IMG/VR virus record: IMGVR_UViG_2841454579_000002
Span: 11,039 to 75,038 of that record
Direction: 5' to 3' (one strand)
Length of the DNA: 64,000 nt
Source of the DNA: a virus
Lineage: Duplodnaviria > Caudoviricetes
This document shows, piece after piece, positions 25,042 through 34,078 of the stretch. The notes beneath the pieces are model-generated. The model did no database searches, was not told the origin of the DNA, and saw nothing but the letters and a program-made list of their open reading frames with translations. The stretch's first letter is position 1, and every line of letters begins with the position of its first letter. Both the position numbers and the translations under genes were made by a program.

Positions 25042-26456
25042 TGGGTTACTCCTTACTCTTTAACGGTTCGACACAGTACGCCGCCAGTGTAGGCGGTAAC
25101 GACCGCACTTACTCAATCCGGCCGACAACGGGTAAGTACCGGATCATCTTTTCCCGCCTGCAATACTGGGGCGCACATACCGGCCCTGTCGTATGGCACT
25201 GCTATAACGGCTGTAAGATAAACATCCGTACCACGGACGGGCAGATTGAAACCAGTCCCGGCGGGAAGTTTATCGGTAAACCTGTCCCTAACGACGGGAC
25301 GCCGTTCAAACTGGAAGTGGAATGGGATATCGATAACGGGACGGTAGGCTACTGGATAGATGATGTCTTCCAGCAGGAATTTACCGGCATTGATAACGGC
25401 TTCAGTCTTCATGCAGCAGGGACGCTTAACCGGACAATGTTCTGCCGCCGTCAGCACTTAGACAGTGCGTACATGAGCGCAGAGATAAGCGGTACGGTTA
25501 CTATCTGGGAAGACGATGCCGACAACGGATTTATCTATGACTTTGACGCGTCCGGACCTTCCGGTAATGAGATCATTGAAACGGTACAGGGCCGTAATGC
25601 CGCACTGACCGGCTTTGCTACCGATGGTTCTCAGTGGAACTACTATGAGTCTGCAGGCACCGGCGGCGGGACGTTATACGAACTGGAACTGCAAGCCGGA
25701 AATACAGTCACTGAAGCAGTAACACTGGATATCATCGCATCCCTTAATACCAATACGTCTTGGGCTCAGTCAGTGGCGCAGGCATCGCCGGTAGCCACGG
25801 CAGTCGTACAGGCACTGAATGCGGTTACCTCAGAACACACTCAGCAGGCCTCTGCCGTTACCCTGCAGCAACAGGTACAAGTGGCAGGCGTGATCAGCGA
25901 ACACCGTTCTGAAGCCGCTGCACTCACACCTACACAATCTTCTGCACAATCGGTTATACTGGTTACCGCCAGTCAGTCAGAGCAGGGTACTGTTCTGTCA
26001 GCTGCCCAGCAGCAGGTATTGACCGGTATCCTCGCTGAACAACTCCACCAGGCCGGTGTACAGGATATCTCATCCCTTCAGGCCATTACCTACGTACAGG
26101 CTGAACAGGCCTCTGATGCGACTGCACTGAGTATCGACACGCTGAACGGTGCACAACTGATTACAGTTATCACCTCAGAACACGTTCACAACGCTCAGAC
26201 GGCGTTTATCAGTGAAGTTAATGCAACTGCCCTGATTGATGCTGAAATGCGCTCAGAGGCTTCCAGCGTTAGCGTAGAAGCCGCTTTAAGTACGGTGACA
26301 CTGCCTGCTTCCCATGTAACAGAAACCAGTGCCCTTGATGTACTGATGTTTATCGGTACGCCGGATAACCTGCAGGGTGTCCAGCTTGTGCCGCTTACCT
26401 CCATGTATTCACTTACCCCTCTTACCAATCCCACCTACACATTAAAGGAAATTTAA
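25041..26456 (+). CDS. LamG-like head plus repetitive stalk protein (putative fibre)
   Basis: YSLLFNGSTQY N-terminus; C-terminal repeats of about 22 aa with SEH/AEQ. Confidence 0.65.
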   Translation: MGYSLLFNGSTQYAASVGGNDRTYSIRPTTGKYRIIFSRLQYWGAHTGPVVWHCYNGCKINIRTTDGQIETSPGGKFIGKPVPNDGTPFKLEVEWDIDNGTVGYWIDDVFQQEFTGIDNGFSLHAAGTLNRTMFCRRQHLDSAYMSAEISGTVTIWEDDADNGFIYDFDASGPSGNEIIETVQGRNAALTGFATDGSQWNYYESAGTGGGTLYELELQAGNTVTEAVTLDIIASLNTNTSWAQSVAQASPVATAVVQALNAVTSEHTQQASAVTLQQQVQVAGVISEHRSEAAALTPTQSSAQSVILVTASQSEQGTVLSAAQQQVLTGILAEQLHQAGVQDISSLQAITYVQAEQASDATALSIDTLNGAQLITVITSEHVHNAQTAFISEVNATALIDAEMRSEASSVSVEAALSTVTLPASHVTETSALDVLMFIGTPDNLQGVQLVPLTSMYSLTPLTNPTYTLKEI

Positions 26457-26848
26457 TGGCTACATTCTTCACGGCATCTGCAATCAAGCAGAATGGTTAC
26501 CAGCATCTGAAAGATAACGTCACTACGGCGTATCTGTGTAAGGCTCCGGCCAAGTCCGATTCGCTGGCCACAATCCAGGGCAAAGCTATCGCACAGGCAG
26601 CTGTGGCAGGTTCAGACGTTGCGTTCTCGGCATCCGGCAATGATTTACTGGTTACCATCAACGGTAAATCCGGATTAGACCCCAGCGGTACAGCAGCAAG
26701 CGGCGATGACATTGCAGTGGTGTACTGCTCAGCGTCTGCCCCACTGGTTTGTGTCGATGCAACGGACCGGACTATCACTAACAATGACGGGGATACCCTG
26801 GATATTCCTGCCGCACAAATTTACGTACGTGAATTAGGATCGGTGTAA
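26456..26848 (+). CDS. Hypothetical virion protein
   Basis: 130-aa Ala/Ser/Gly-rich beta protein coupled to both neighbours. Confidence 0.7.
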   Translation: MATFFTASAIKQNGYQHLKDNVTTAYLCKAPAKSDSLATIQGKAIAQAAVAGSDVAFSASGNDLLVTINGKSGLDPSGTAASGDDIAVVYCSASAPLVCVDATDRTITNNDGDTLDIPAAQIYVRELGSV

Positions 26849-27441
26849 TGCGAATTACGGCCCACAAAAACACCAGTAAATTCTTTAGCTATCGTGTCCA
26901 GAAGGACGGGGTAGATTTAGATTTGGATGCGATGGGCGTAACGAACATTCAGGTTGCTGATGAAGGGCAGAGCATTTCTGCCCTGAGCGGAGATATCACT
27001 TTTTCCGCTAATATCATGAGCATACGGTGGGGTAGTCTTAAATTACCGGCAGGTGAGTATTCGCCTACGGTGTACCTGTATAATCCGGAAAATCCAAAAG
27101 GATTAGTACTTTACGGGCCAGAGACCAACCCTGTTACGCTTGTCCTTGTTGAGGATGAAAGACCCCATTTAGTTAATATCTCTGCCACGACAGATTTGCT
27201 TACTCTTTCGGGACCGGCAAAACCCATTTCGGTGATTTCTGTTGATGGTGCTTTAATTAAATTCTCTAAATACTCCGGTAGTTTTACGAATATAACACCG
27301 CTTGAAATTAATACCCCGAACAATGAAGGCTCTGACCTCATTTATGCAAAAACTCCGCTCCCTTCCGCGAAGAGTTGGACTTTTTCAGTGTTGATGCCGG
27401 ACGGGGTAAAAAGCGAGTTTAAAAAGCGTTGGATTGTCTAA
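26848..27441 (+). CDS. BppU-N-like adaptor protein (putative)
   Basis: DGVDLDLDAMGVT...LPAGEYSPTVYLY pattern. Confidence 0.55.
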   Translation: MRITAHKNTSKFFSYRVQKDGVDLDLDAMGVTNIQVADEGQSISALSGDITFSANIMSIRWGSLKLPAGEYSPTVYLYNPENPKGLVLYGPETNPVTLVLVEDERPHLVNISATTDLLTLSGPAKPISVISVDGALIKFSKYSGSFTNITPLEINTPNNEGSDLIYAKTPLPSAKSWTFSVLMPDGVKSEFKKRWIV

Positions 27442-27480
27442 CTTACGAACTCAATAGGTTTGGATCTTTCACATAAAACA

Positions 27481-27516
27481 AAAGGCGTTAGGGGGAATTT
27501 CCTAACGCCTTTTTTT
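27481..27516 (+). terminator. Rho-independent terminator (possibly bidirectional)
   Basis: AAAGGCGTTAGG/CCTAACGCCTTT stem plus T-tract. Confidence 0.8.
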
Positions 27517-27590
27517 AATACTTCATGTAAAGTTCGACTGGTAGGTCAAACTATTCCCTTCCTTAACTCATCTCCATTTTAACTACGCAC

Positions 27591-27893
27591 ATGAAAGAAA
27601 CTACCATGGTTGAGAATATAAAAGATCTTCCTCCGACAGTACTGGGAGCATTAATGGCAATTGTCATTTCTATTCTTCGAGTGATGTATGATCGGGAAGA
27701 AACATCAGTACTACGTGTAGGCTTGGAAGCCTCTTTATGCGGGACGCTTGCAGTTGTCGCAGGTAGTGCTATTACAGCTTTAGGGCTTGATCAGGAGTGG
27801 ACACTATTTGTCGGCGGAGTCATAGGCTTCGTTGGATCACAAAGCATACGTACCTACGCCGACAGAATGATTAAGAGAAAAATTGATAATTAA
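27591..27893 (+). CDS. Holin, lambda-S-like with 3 TM helices (N4 gp63-like)
   Basis: GALMAIVISILRVMYD...LEASLCG...GGVIGFVGS, with a basic C-terminus. Confidence 0.85.
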   Translation: MKETTMVENIKDLPPTVLGALMAIVISILRVMYDREETSVLRVGLEASLCGTLAVVAGSAITALGLDQEWTLFVGGVIGFVGSQSIRTYADRMIKRKIDN

Positions 27894-28168
27894 TGTTTGC
27901 TGGTTACTGCGGGTTTCATTGAGAGCCAACCCTGTATTGAATCCTCACAAACTAAACCCGAATCCAGCATTTCATTAATGCTTTTACAAGTCGAATCCGT
28001 AATCCACTCACCATTTACAAAACACGCTAATTGTCTTTTTCCCCTAATTGTCATAACGGAATATCTGCGCGGATATAACTGACCAAGGGTGTTTCCTTTC
28101 AGTACGCTCACTGTTTGTCCCTTACCGGTAAAAAGATCCGCCAAGATTAATTGATTTGTTTTGTGCAC
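27890..28168 (-). CDS. Hypothetical protein
   Basis: 92-aa AT-rich ORF convergent with the holin. Confidence 0.45.
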   Translation of the reverse strand: MHKTNQLILADLFTGKGQTVSVLKGNTLGQLYPRRYSVMTIRGKRQLACFVNGEWITDSTCKSINEMLDSGLVCEDSIQGWLSMKPAVTSKH

Positions 28169-28173
28169 ACAAT

Positions 28174-28204
28174 AAAAAAATTCCCCTTTAAAAGGGGAAT
28201 TTTT
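28174..28204. terminator. Bidirectional terminator
   Basis: AAAAAAATTCCCCTTT/AAAGGGGAATTTTT. Confidence 0.75.
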
Positions 28205-28208
28205 GTAT

Positions 28209-28703
28209 CTACTTAATAGAAAGCAACTTATTTTTATCGCTACTCGATCTGGTAGTTCCTACCCAGTAAACAACACTGGCTACCCATAATGCGACCAGTT
28301 GACCTGCAAAATAATTTACAAGTGTTTTATTTACATCAGGTATTTCAATAAAGAATAGTCCGGCTAAATAAAATGTAGAAATTAGGGTGAGCGTTGTCGT
28401 AATGATTGCCGGCATTTTAGAATCTTTATGTAAATTCCGTGCGTCCTGCCGGTCCTTATTAATATCCTGCAAAACTGCCAGTTCTATTTCTTTTAAACGC
28501 ACTCTTTCTTTTGATTCAAACTCTGCAATTTTAATTTGGTTTTCCGGAGAGAGCAGGGCAGTTTGAACTGCTTGCGGGGTATTCTCTACGTCCAGTTCTT
28601 TTGCAATGAGTGACCCGATTACCGTTCCGGTAGGGCCGCCTAATAACGTACCTAAGTATGGTGCGGTTTGACCTACTAAGTTTTTAATATCAGTCCAGTT
28701 CAT
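28209..28703 (-). CDS. Lysis-associated membrane protein (holin-like family)
   Basis: APYLGTLLGGPTG...DRQDAR...two TM helices...YWVGTTRSSSDK, a family usually found next to endolysins. Confidence 0.7.
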   Translation of the reverse strand: MNWTDIKNLVGQTAPYLGTLLGGPTGTVIGSLIAKELDVENTPQAVQTALLSPENQIKIAEFESKERVRLKEIELAVLQDINKDRQDARNLHKDSKMPAIITTTLTLISTFYLAGLFFIEIPDVNKTLVNYFAGQLVALWVASVVYWVGTTRSSSDKNKLLSIK

Positions 28704-29067
28704 GTGTAATTTCCAGTATCCAGGAAGAGTCACCAAACCATTCCAGAAGAATGTCCATGGCAGCTTCAGAGTTAATACCTACGCCATCGACAATCTTCAT
28801 GCACGGGGCCAGACAGCCTGCCAACTGATGTACGTAATTGGCCAGATGGATTTCAATGTCTGTTCGGCCCTCTACATCCCGTAACCGGTAGAATTGGTGT
28901 TGGCCGGTGTAGTCGCGGTCCACAATGTATACCCCTTCAGGGATACATGATTTGAATGGAATGTTGTTCAGGTCGGGGCGTTCAAGGAAGCAAATCTTTG
29001 TACCGTCAGGCATGGTAAGTTCGCTTTCAGTGCGGTCAGGAAAGTACTTCCTATAGAGCGTTAACAT
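28690..29067 (-). CDS. DUF5675-like protein, putative endolysin
   Basis: LERPDLNN...SCIPEGVY...IEIHLANY...LAGCLAP with a His/Cys pair. Confidence 0.75.
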   Translation of the reverse strand: MLTLYRKYFPDRTESELTMPDGTKICFLERPDLNNIPFKSCIPEGVYIVDRDYTGQHQFYRLRDVEGRTDIEIHLANYVHQLAGCLAPCMKIVDGVGINSEAAMDILLEWFGDSSWILEITHELD

Positions 29068-29278
29068 GTTTTTCTACCTCTGTGTAACCCCCGATATGTT
29101 CTTCATCCCAGAAGACTTGCGGAACAGTTTCAAAGCCCTGGTCGATGATGAAGTTTAGCTTGTCTTTGTTGTCTTCTGATTTGATGTCATAATATTCAAA
29201 CGGTAAATTCTTAGCCGTTAACAGATCAATTGCGTATTCGCAGTAGTCGCACTTAGCGCGACCATATACAGTAAACAT
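29051..29278 (-). CDS. Glutaredoxin
   Basis: CDYC, TVPQVF and HIGGY. Confidence 0.93.
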   Translation of the reverse strand: MFTVYGRAKCDYCEYAIDLLTAKNLPFEYYDIKSEDNKDKLNFIIDQGFETVPQVFWDEEHIGGYTEVEKHVNAL

Positions 29279-29402
29279 TGGAGTACCTTAAAACGTGGAT
29301 GGGTGGCCCGTTGCAATAACTGGCCGGTAGGAATCTAAAACTTACCCCTGACATTCACGTTTGTAAACCAATCCCTCCTGCATTCCCTCCCTTACATGAG
29401 TC

Positions 29403-29753
29403 TTGTCCATGAAACCACTAAAGACGTTATATACCGATAGCCATTACCAGCTGCGGCTGGTATACACGGACGCCGATGGTACGCCTGTAGATATCACCGG
29501 TGCTACGGCCACTATGGTATTAAGAAACACGATTGAATCCGCCGCACTGGTCACGACCAGCGCAACAATTGACGGCCCTACAGGGACAATCGAATTTACT
29601 ATCCCGCCTGAAGATACATCCACTCTGATTGATGCCAAACGCCCTGAACGAAAGTTACTGGCCGGCGCAATGCTGTACCTGCCTGACGACCTCAGCATTC
29701 CCCTGTTTAACACCACGGTTCTTGCTAAGAAAAACATCGTACGGGGAGCGTAA
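29403..29753 (+). CDS. BppU-N-like fibre adaptor
   Basis: DADGTPVDITGATATMVLR...GTIEFTIPPEDT. Confidence 0.7.
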   Translation: MSMKPLKTLYTDSHYQLRLVYTDADGTPVDITGATATMVLRNTIESAALVTTSATIDGPTGTIEFTIPPEDTSTLIDAKRPERKLLAGAMLYLPDDLSIPLFNTTVLAKKNIVRGA

Positions 29754-29755
29754 CT

Positions 29756-32700
29756 TTGACTGATGTACACGCTAATGAGGTACATGTGGATGAGTCAGAT
29801 CTGATTGAAGTAAAAGCGCAGGGTGCTATCCCTGTGTATTCTTCTGAGGTACAGACGCTCTACATTACCCAGCCTACCAATCTTCAGCTGTTCAGTGAGG
29901 ACGTGACAAAGCGCAGCCCTTACTTTGATGAGCGGGAAGACACTACTGAAGTGGCCGGTGTGGTTGCTGTACGGGGATTTACCCGTGCTTACTTGTCCTG
30001 GTTTGAACTGACATCACCTGAACGTCACAAAGCGACAAAGGTGTACCGAAGCACCACTGATGACTTTGACGGTGCAGTCTGCGTAGGCGACAGCCAGACG
30101 CAGACATTCACTGATACTGTAGAACCGGATACAGAATACTATTACTGGTTTATTCCGGTAACCCATGCTGGCAATGAAGGTATACGCACCACTTCACACT
30201 ATCTGATGAAAAGTCAGGACAGGGATGCAGTCGTTAAGTTCCTTGGTCTGGATGGTGTGTTCGGCGCACTGAATGACCTTGAAACGTTGCTTACCGGCAG
30301 ACTGGATGCCGTTGATAACTCCCTGTACCAAATCAACGCTGACTTACTCAATGAAGCGGTGACGCTGATCAACGAACAGATTGCCATTGTCCTCGGAAAC
30401 CAGATAAGCCTTCAGAGTACACTTGGCTTGATGATGGACGAGTCCATTGCGCTGATGCGTGAGCAGATAGATATCGTGGTAACTGAGAACACCGCGCAGA
30501 TCTCCCGTATCAATACGCTGACTGCACAAGTGAACTCTGAAACTGAAAGTCGTATCGCTGCTATCAACACACTGGAAGAAAGTCTGGTAGGTGTTGATTC
30601 TGCTATTGCTACAGTACGTGAAGAACTATCTGCAGAGATAACTTCAGAACGTCAACGTACGGACGCTCAGATTGTCTCAGAGCGACAAACACGTGTAACC
30701 CGTGAAGATGCCTTGGCAAACGCTATTACGTCCTTACAGACCTCTACAGAGAGCGATATTGCCAGTGCTAATGCTGCCATTGAGCAGGAGAGTACAGCAC
30801 GATCATCTGCTTTCGGTGCAATGGCCTCACAGATTGAATCCATCAATGCCGGATTCACGACAGCACAGGGCGAACTGAATGCCCGTATTGACGAGGAAGC
30901 CCAGACCCGCGTAACTGCTACGGATGCACTGGCCCAACGGGTAACGGACATTGAATCATCTGTGTCCACAGACATTGCAGATTCCCGTGCGTCCCTTGAG
31001 CAGAGCCTGACTACCGTTACAAGTGAACTGAATGCACTTGCAGAATCCACACTGGATTTGAGCGCAGAGATTAGTGATGCCCAGTTATCTGCGGTAGCAG
31101 AAGCACAGCAGTACACACGGGCGCAGGTCGGTGTGTGTTACATCAACGGTAACTTATCAACCCATGTTGATGAAACAGCGTGCGTTAATGCCGGCGGTAC
31201 TTGGAAGCGCGAACCTCTGTCCACTTCGTTTAATAACGTTCAGATCAGCTACACCAAGCCGGACGGTTCCACCGTCACCGGCGGGGCACAGATGCTACTG
31301 CAATCAGTGGTCAATGATGTAGGTAATGTTGCCAGCCGTGCTTACTTCGGTGTACGGGCTGACGGGGCTATTACCGGCCTTATTACTCAGAATGAATCTG
31401 GTGTACCCGAGAGCAGTAAAGTACAGCTGGTCGGTAGTGCAGTTGAAATCCTGAATGACGAAGACGGTACGCCGTTTGTATCGTACGACACCGTTAACAA
31501 GCGCGGTGTTATCCGTGGTCTGTTGATACTGGAAGATGGTACACGTGTTTCCGGCCAGTCTGACATTTCAGGCGGTAACGGTGATCCCGGGGCTGACGGC
31601 AAAAACGGGGCAGGCCTGTATGCACTGCAGAACAGCACCGGTGTATTCCCCGCCGATGCAACTGCCAGTACCGAGTTTGAGAACTCATTCGGACGCGCAC
31701 CTACAAAAGGCGATCACCTTACCTACCGTAATGCTGATAACACGAACAGTTCAATCAAACGTTTTGATGGTACTTCGTGGGTGGCCCCGTTACTTATCGT
31801 AAACGGTGACATGCTGACTATGGGTACTATCACTTCCGGCGCACTGGCTTCAAAAGCGGTGACAGCCGATAAGATTGATGTACTGGACCTCTTTGCTCAG
31901 GACATTACCGCTACCGGTACAATTACCGGTGCCAAGTTCATCGGTTCAGAGTATTCAGGCGGTAAGGTAACGGTTGAGAACGCATCTACCGGTAACAAGG
32001 TTAGTCTGGATTCTTCCAGTGGTTCACCTATTCGGATCAGTAACGGTACTGATACCCTTCTGCAGTTTGATGCTGATAACAAACTTCAACTGCTTGCTGG
32101 TTTGGCTGACCACACAATCAACCGGTCAAGCATGTTCTCACAGGCAATCTGGGACTTAATTAAGCCACAGCCTACCTCTGGTTCTACCGGTGGTTCTTAT
32201 GGCGCAGCTGGCGTCAGTGACAGCCAAACGTTAAGCCAGACAATACTGATGGAGAACGCTAACCTCAGTACCACCACACTGTCATTTAAGCTACGCAGCT
32301 GGTACACCGGTTCATCGCCTGTGGACCCTGTCTGGAAGATCATTGTATTCCGTAAAGTCAGGCCGAAAGGCGGGACGTGGGATACTTCCATTAAAATTCA
32401 CGAAAAAATATATACCGGTAATGCCATACCTTCTGAGAACTACGCCGACATACTGGTCAACTACGTTGAGGATGTTGATGTCTCTGACGGATATTACGAT
32501 GGTGAAATCCAGTTCAGTATTAGTGCACATTACCAGTCGGGCTCATTTATCTCAGAACGCTCAAGGTTAGAATCTATCGTTGCAACACAGTCCGTACAAG
32601 GCGGCGGGGTTAATGGTGATGCGCTGACACTGAATGGACAAGATCCTGACTACTACCTGAAATGGGCGAATGTCCAGAATAAGCCAGCTTATACAACACG

Positions 32701-34078
32701 CTGGCCTACGTTCTCTGAAGTGTCAGATAAGCCTGCACAGTCTACACGTTGGCCTACATGGTCTGAGGTAACCAGTAAACCGGACGTTGCCATCAAGCCA
32801 GGTGACCACACGACTAACAACACCGATTACTCTATGGTGTGGGAAAACAACAACGGTACGCTGTACACCAGTGCCGCGCACCTGAAGTACAACCCCGCAA
32901 ACAAGCGCATTACTACAGGTGGCCTGACTTTAGGGCTAGGCGGTGTGACTAATGATCTCCTGACTCTGGACTCCGCAGGTCACGCAAACATCGTTATCGA
33001 CCGCGGTTCTACGGACTACGACAACAATATCCTGTTTAAGACAAACGGTGCGTTATCGTGGCGTATCTGGCAAGGCTACGGCGATGAGCATCTGGGTATC
33101 AGGCACGAAGCGTCAGCATCAGAGCCTATGCGTATCTACGAAGACCACATCCGCTTGCAGAATAAAATCGCTTTCAGGATGTCCGATGGTTGGCTGCGTA
33201 TCAATGACCAAGGCGGTTTCGGTAGTGGTATCTACTGCGGAAGCAGTGTCTTACGTACGGACGGTCAACTTGAAGTAGGCGGCAATGGTGCATACTTCAT
33301 GGCGAATGGTTCAGAAGTTACCAGCAACAAGCCCCACCGGTTTAACCAAGACATCAACGCTTATAAGAGCGTGTTGTTCAAGACCGCCGGCACTGGTATT
33401 TATTTCCAGCCGGACGGTTCAAACGACTTTGGCGGTATCCGGTATAACTCATCTGGCAATGACGGGAACATGGAGTTCTGGACTTCGGATGATTACAGCG
33501 AACCATTTATTTTCCGTATGTACGATACAGGCTCAGTCGGTTCAGGTACTAACCGTGAGGTTTTTCGGATTAACGATGGTAACGCTCGTGTTATTCGCGC
33601 TGACGGCGGTGAAGCCAATCTGGATTTATCATCGTCTACCGGTACTTACGCACGCATGTACTACCGTAAAAGTGATAACAAGTTCGGGTTTTTCCTGCCC
33701 AGTTCGGCCAGTAACTATTCAACGCGCCTCAGTTGGGACGGGACAAACGACCGGTGGACGGCTTCGGGTGAAGTGTGGGCAGACGATAACGTTGCGACCT
33801 CTGATATTCGTGTTAAAGAAGACTTGAAAGAGATCCGCAGTGCGCTGGATAAAGTCGGCCATTTGACCGGTTACACGTACCTGCAAACGAAACTGAAAGC
33901 ACGTAAAGCAGGTGTTATCGCACAGCATGTTGAAGGAGTCTTGCCGGAAGCGGTCAGTAAAGGCGAAGACGACATGTTGGCTGTATCGCAGGCCGGTGTC
34001 GTGGCACTGTTGGTCAACGCTGTGAAAGAGTTGCGTGAAGAAGTGCGGGTACTGCGCGGGAGAGTAGCTAATGGCTAA
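29756..34078 (+). CDS. Long tail fibre with a C-terminal intramolecular chaperone (peptidase S74)
   Basis: FN3-like N-terminus (YYYWFIPV), long coiled coil, WxxVxxKP repeats, and SDIRVKEDL...GVIAQHV...LVNAVKEL. Confidence 0.9.
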   Translation: MTDVHANEVHVDESDLIEVKAQGAIPVYSSEVQTLYITQPTNLQLFSEDVTKRSPYFDEREDTTEVAGVVAVRGFTRAYLSWFELTSPERHKATKVYRSTTDDFDGAVCVGDSQTQTFTDTVEPDTEYYYWFIPVTHAGNEGIRTTSHYLMKSQDRDAVVKFLGLDGVFGALNDLETLLTGRLDAVDNSLYQINADLLNEAVTLINEQIAIVLGNQISLQSTLGLMMDESIALMREQIDIVVTENTAQISRINTLTAQVNSETESRIAAINTLEESLVGVDSAIATVREELSAEITSERQRTDAQIVSERQTRVTREDALANAITSLQTSTESDIASANAAIEQESTARSSAFGAMASQIESINAGFTTAQGELNARIDEEAQTRVTATDALAQRVTDIESSVSTDIADSRASLEQSLTTVTSELNALAESTLDLSAEISDAQLSAVAEAQQYTRAQVGVCYINGNLSTHVDETACVNAGGTWKREPLSTSFNNVQISYTKPDGSTVTGGAQMLLQSVVNDVGNVASRAYFGVRADGAITGLITQNESGVPESSKVQLVGSAVEILNDEDGTPFVSYDTVNKRGVIRGLLILEDGTRVSGQSDISGGNGDPGADGKNGAGLYALQNSTGVFPADATASTEFENSFGRAPTKGDHLTYRNADNTNSSIKRFDGTSWVAPLLIVNGDMLTMGTITSGALASKAVTADKIDVLDLFAQDITATGTITGAKFIGSEYSGGKVTVENASTGNKVSLDSSSGSPIRISNGTDTLLQFDADNKLQLLAGLADHTINRSSMFSQAIWDLIKPQPTSGSTGGSYGAAGVSDSQTLSQTILMENANLSTTTLSFKLRSWYTGSSPVDPVWKIIVFRKVRPKGGTWDTSIKIHEKIYTGNAIPSENYADILVNYVEDVDVSDGYYDGEIQFSISAHYQSGSFISERSRLESIVATQSVQGGGVNGDALTLNGQDPDYYLKWANVQNKPAYTTRWPTFSEVSDKPAQSTRWPTWSEVTSKPDVAIKPGDHTTNNTDYSMVWENNNGTLYTSAAHLKYNPANKRITTGGLTLGLGGVTNDLLTLDSAGHANIVIDRGSTDYDNNILFKTNGALSWRIWQGYGDEHLGIRHEASASEPMRIYEDHIRLQNKIAFRMSDGWLRINDQGGFGSGIYCGSSVLRTDGQLEVGGNGAYFMANGSEVTSNKPHRFNQDINAYKSVLFKTAGTGIYFQPDGSNDFGGIRYNSSGNDGNMEFWTSDDYSEPFIFRMYDTGSVGSGTNREVFRINDGNARVIRADGGEANLDLSSSTGTYARMYYRKSDNKFGFFLPSSASNYSTRLSWDGTNDRWTASGEVWADDNVATSDIRVKEDLKEIRSALDKVGHLTGYTYLQTKLKARKAGVIAQHVEGVLPEAVSKGEDDMLAVSQAGVVALLVNAVKELREEVRVLRGRVANG

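Noticed and set aside
33285-33827. 180-aa same-strand overlapping ORF inside the tail fibre
   Set aside because: No ribosome-binding site, lipobox or recognisable motif; most likely a chance open frame.
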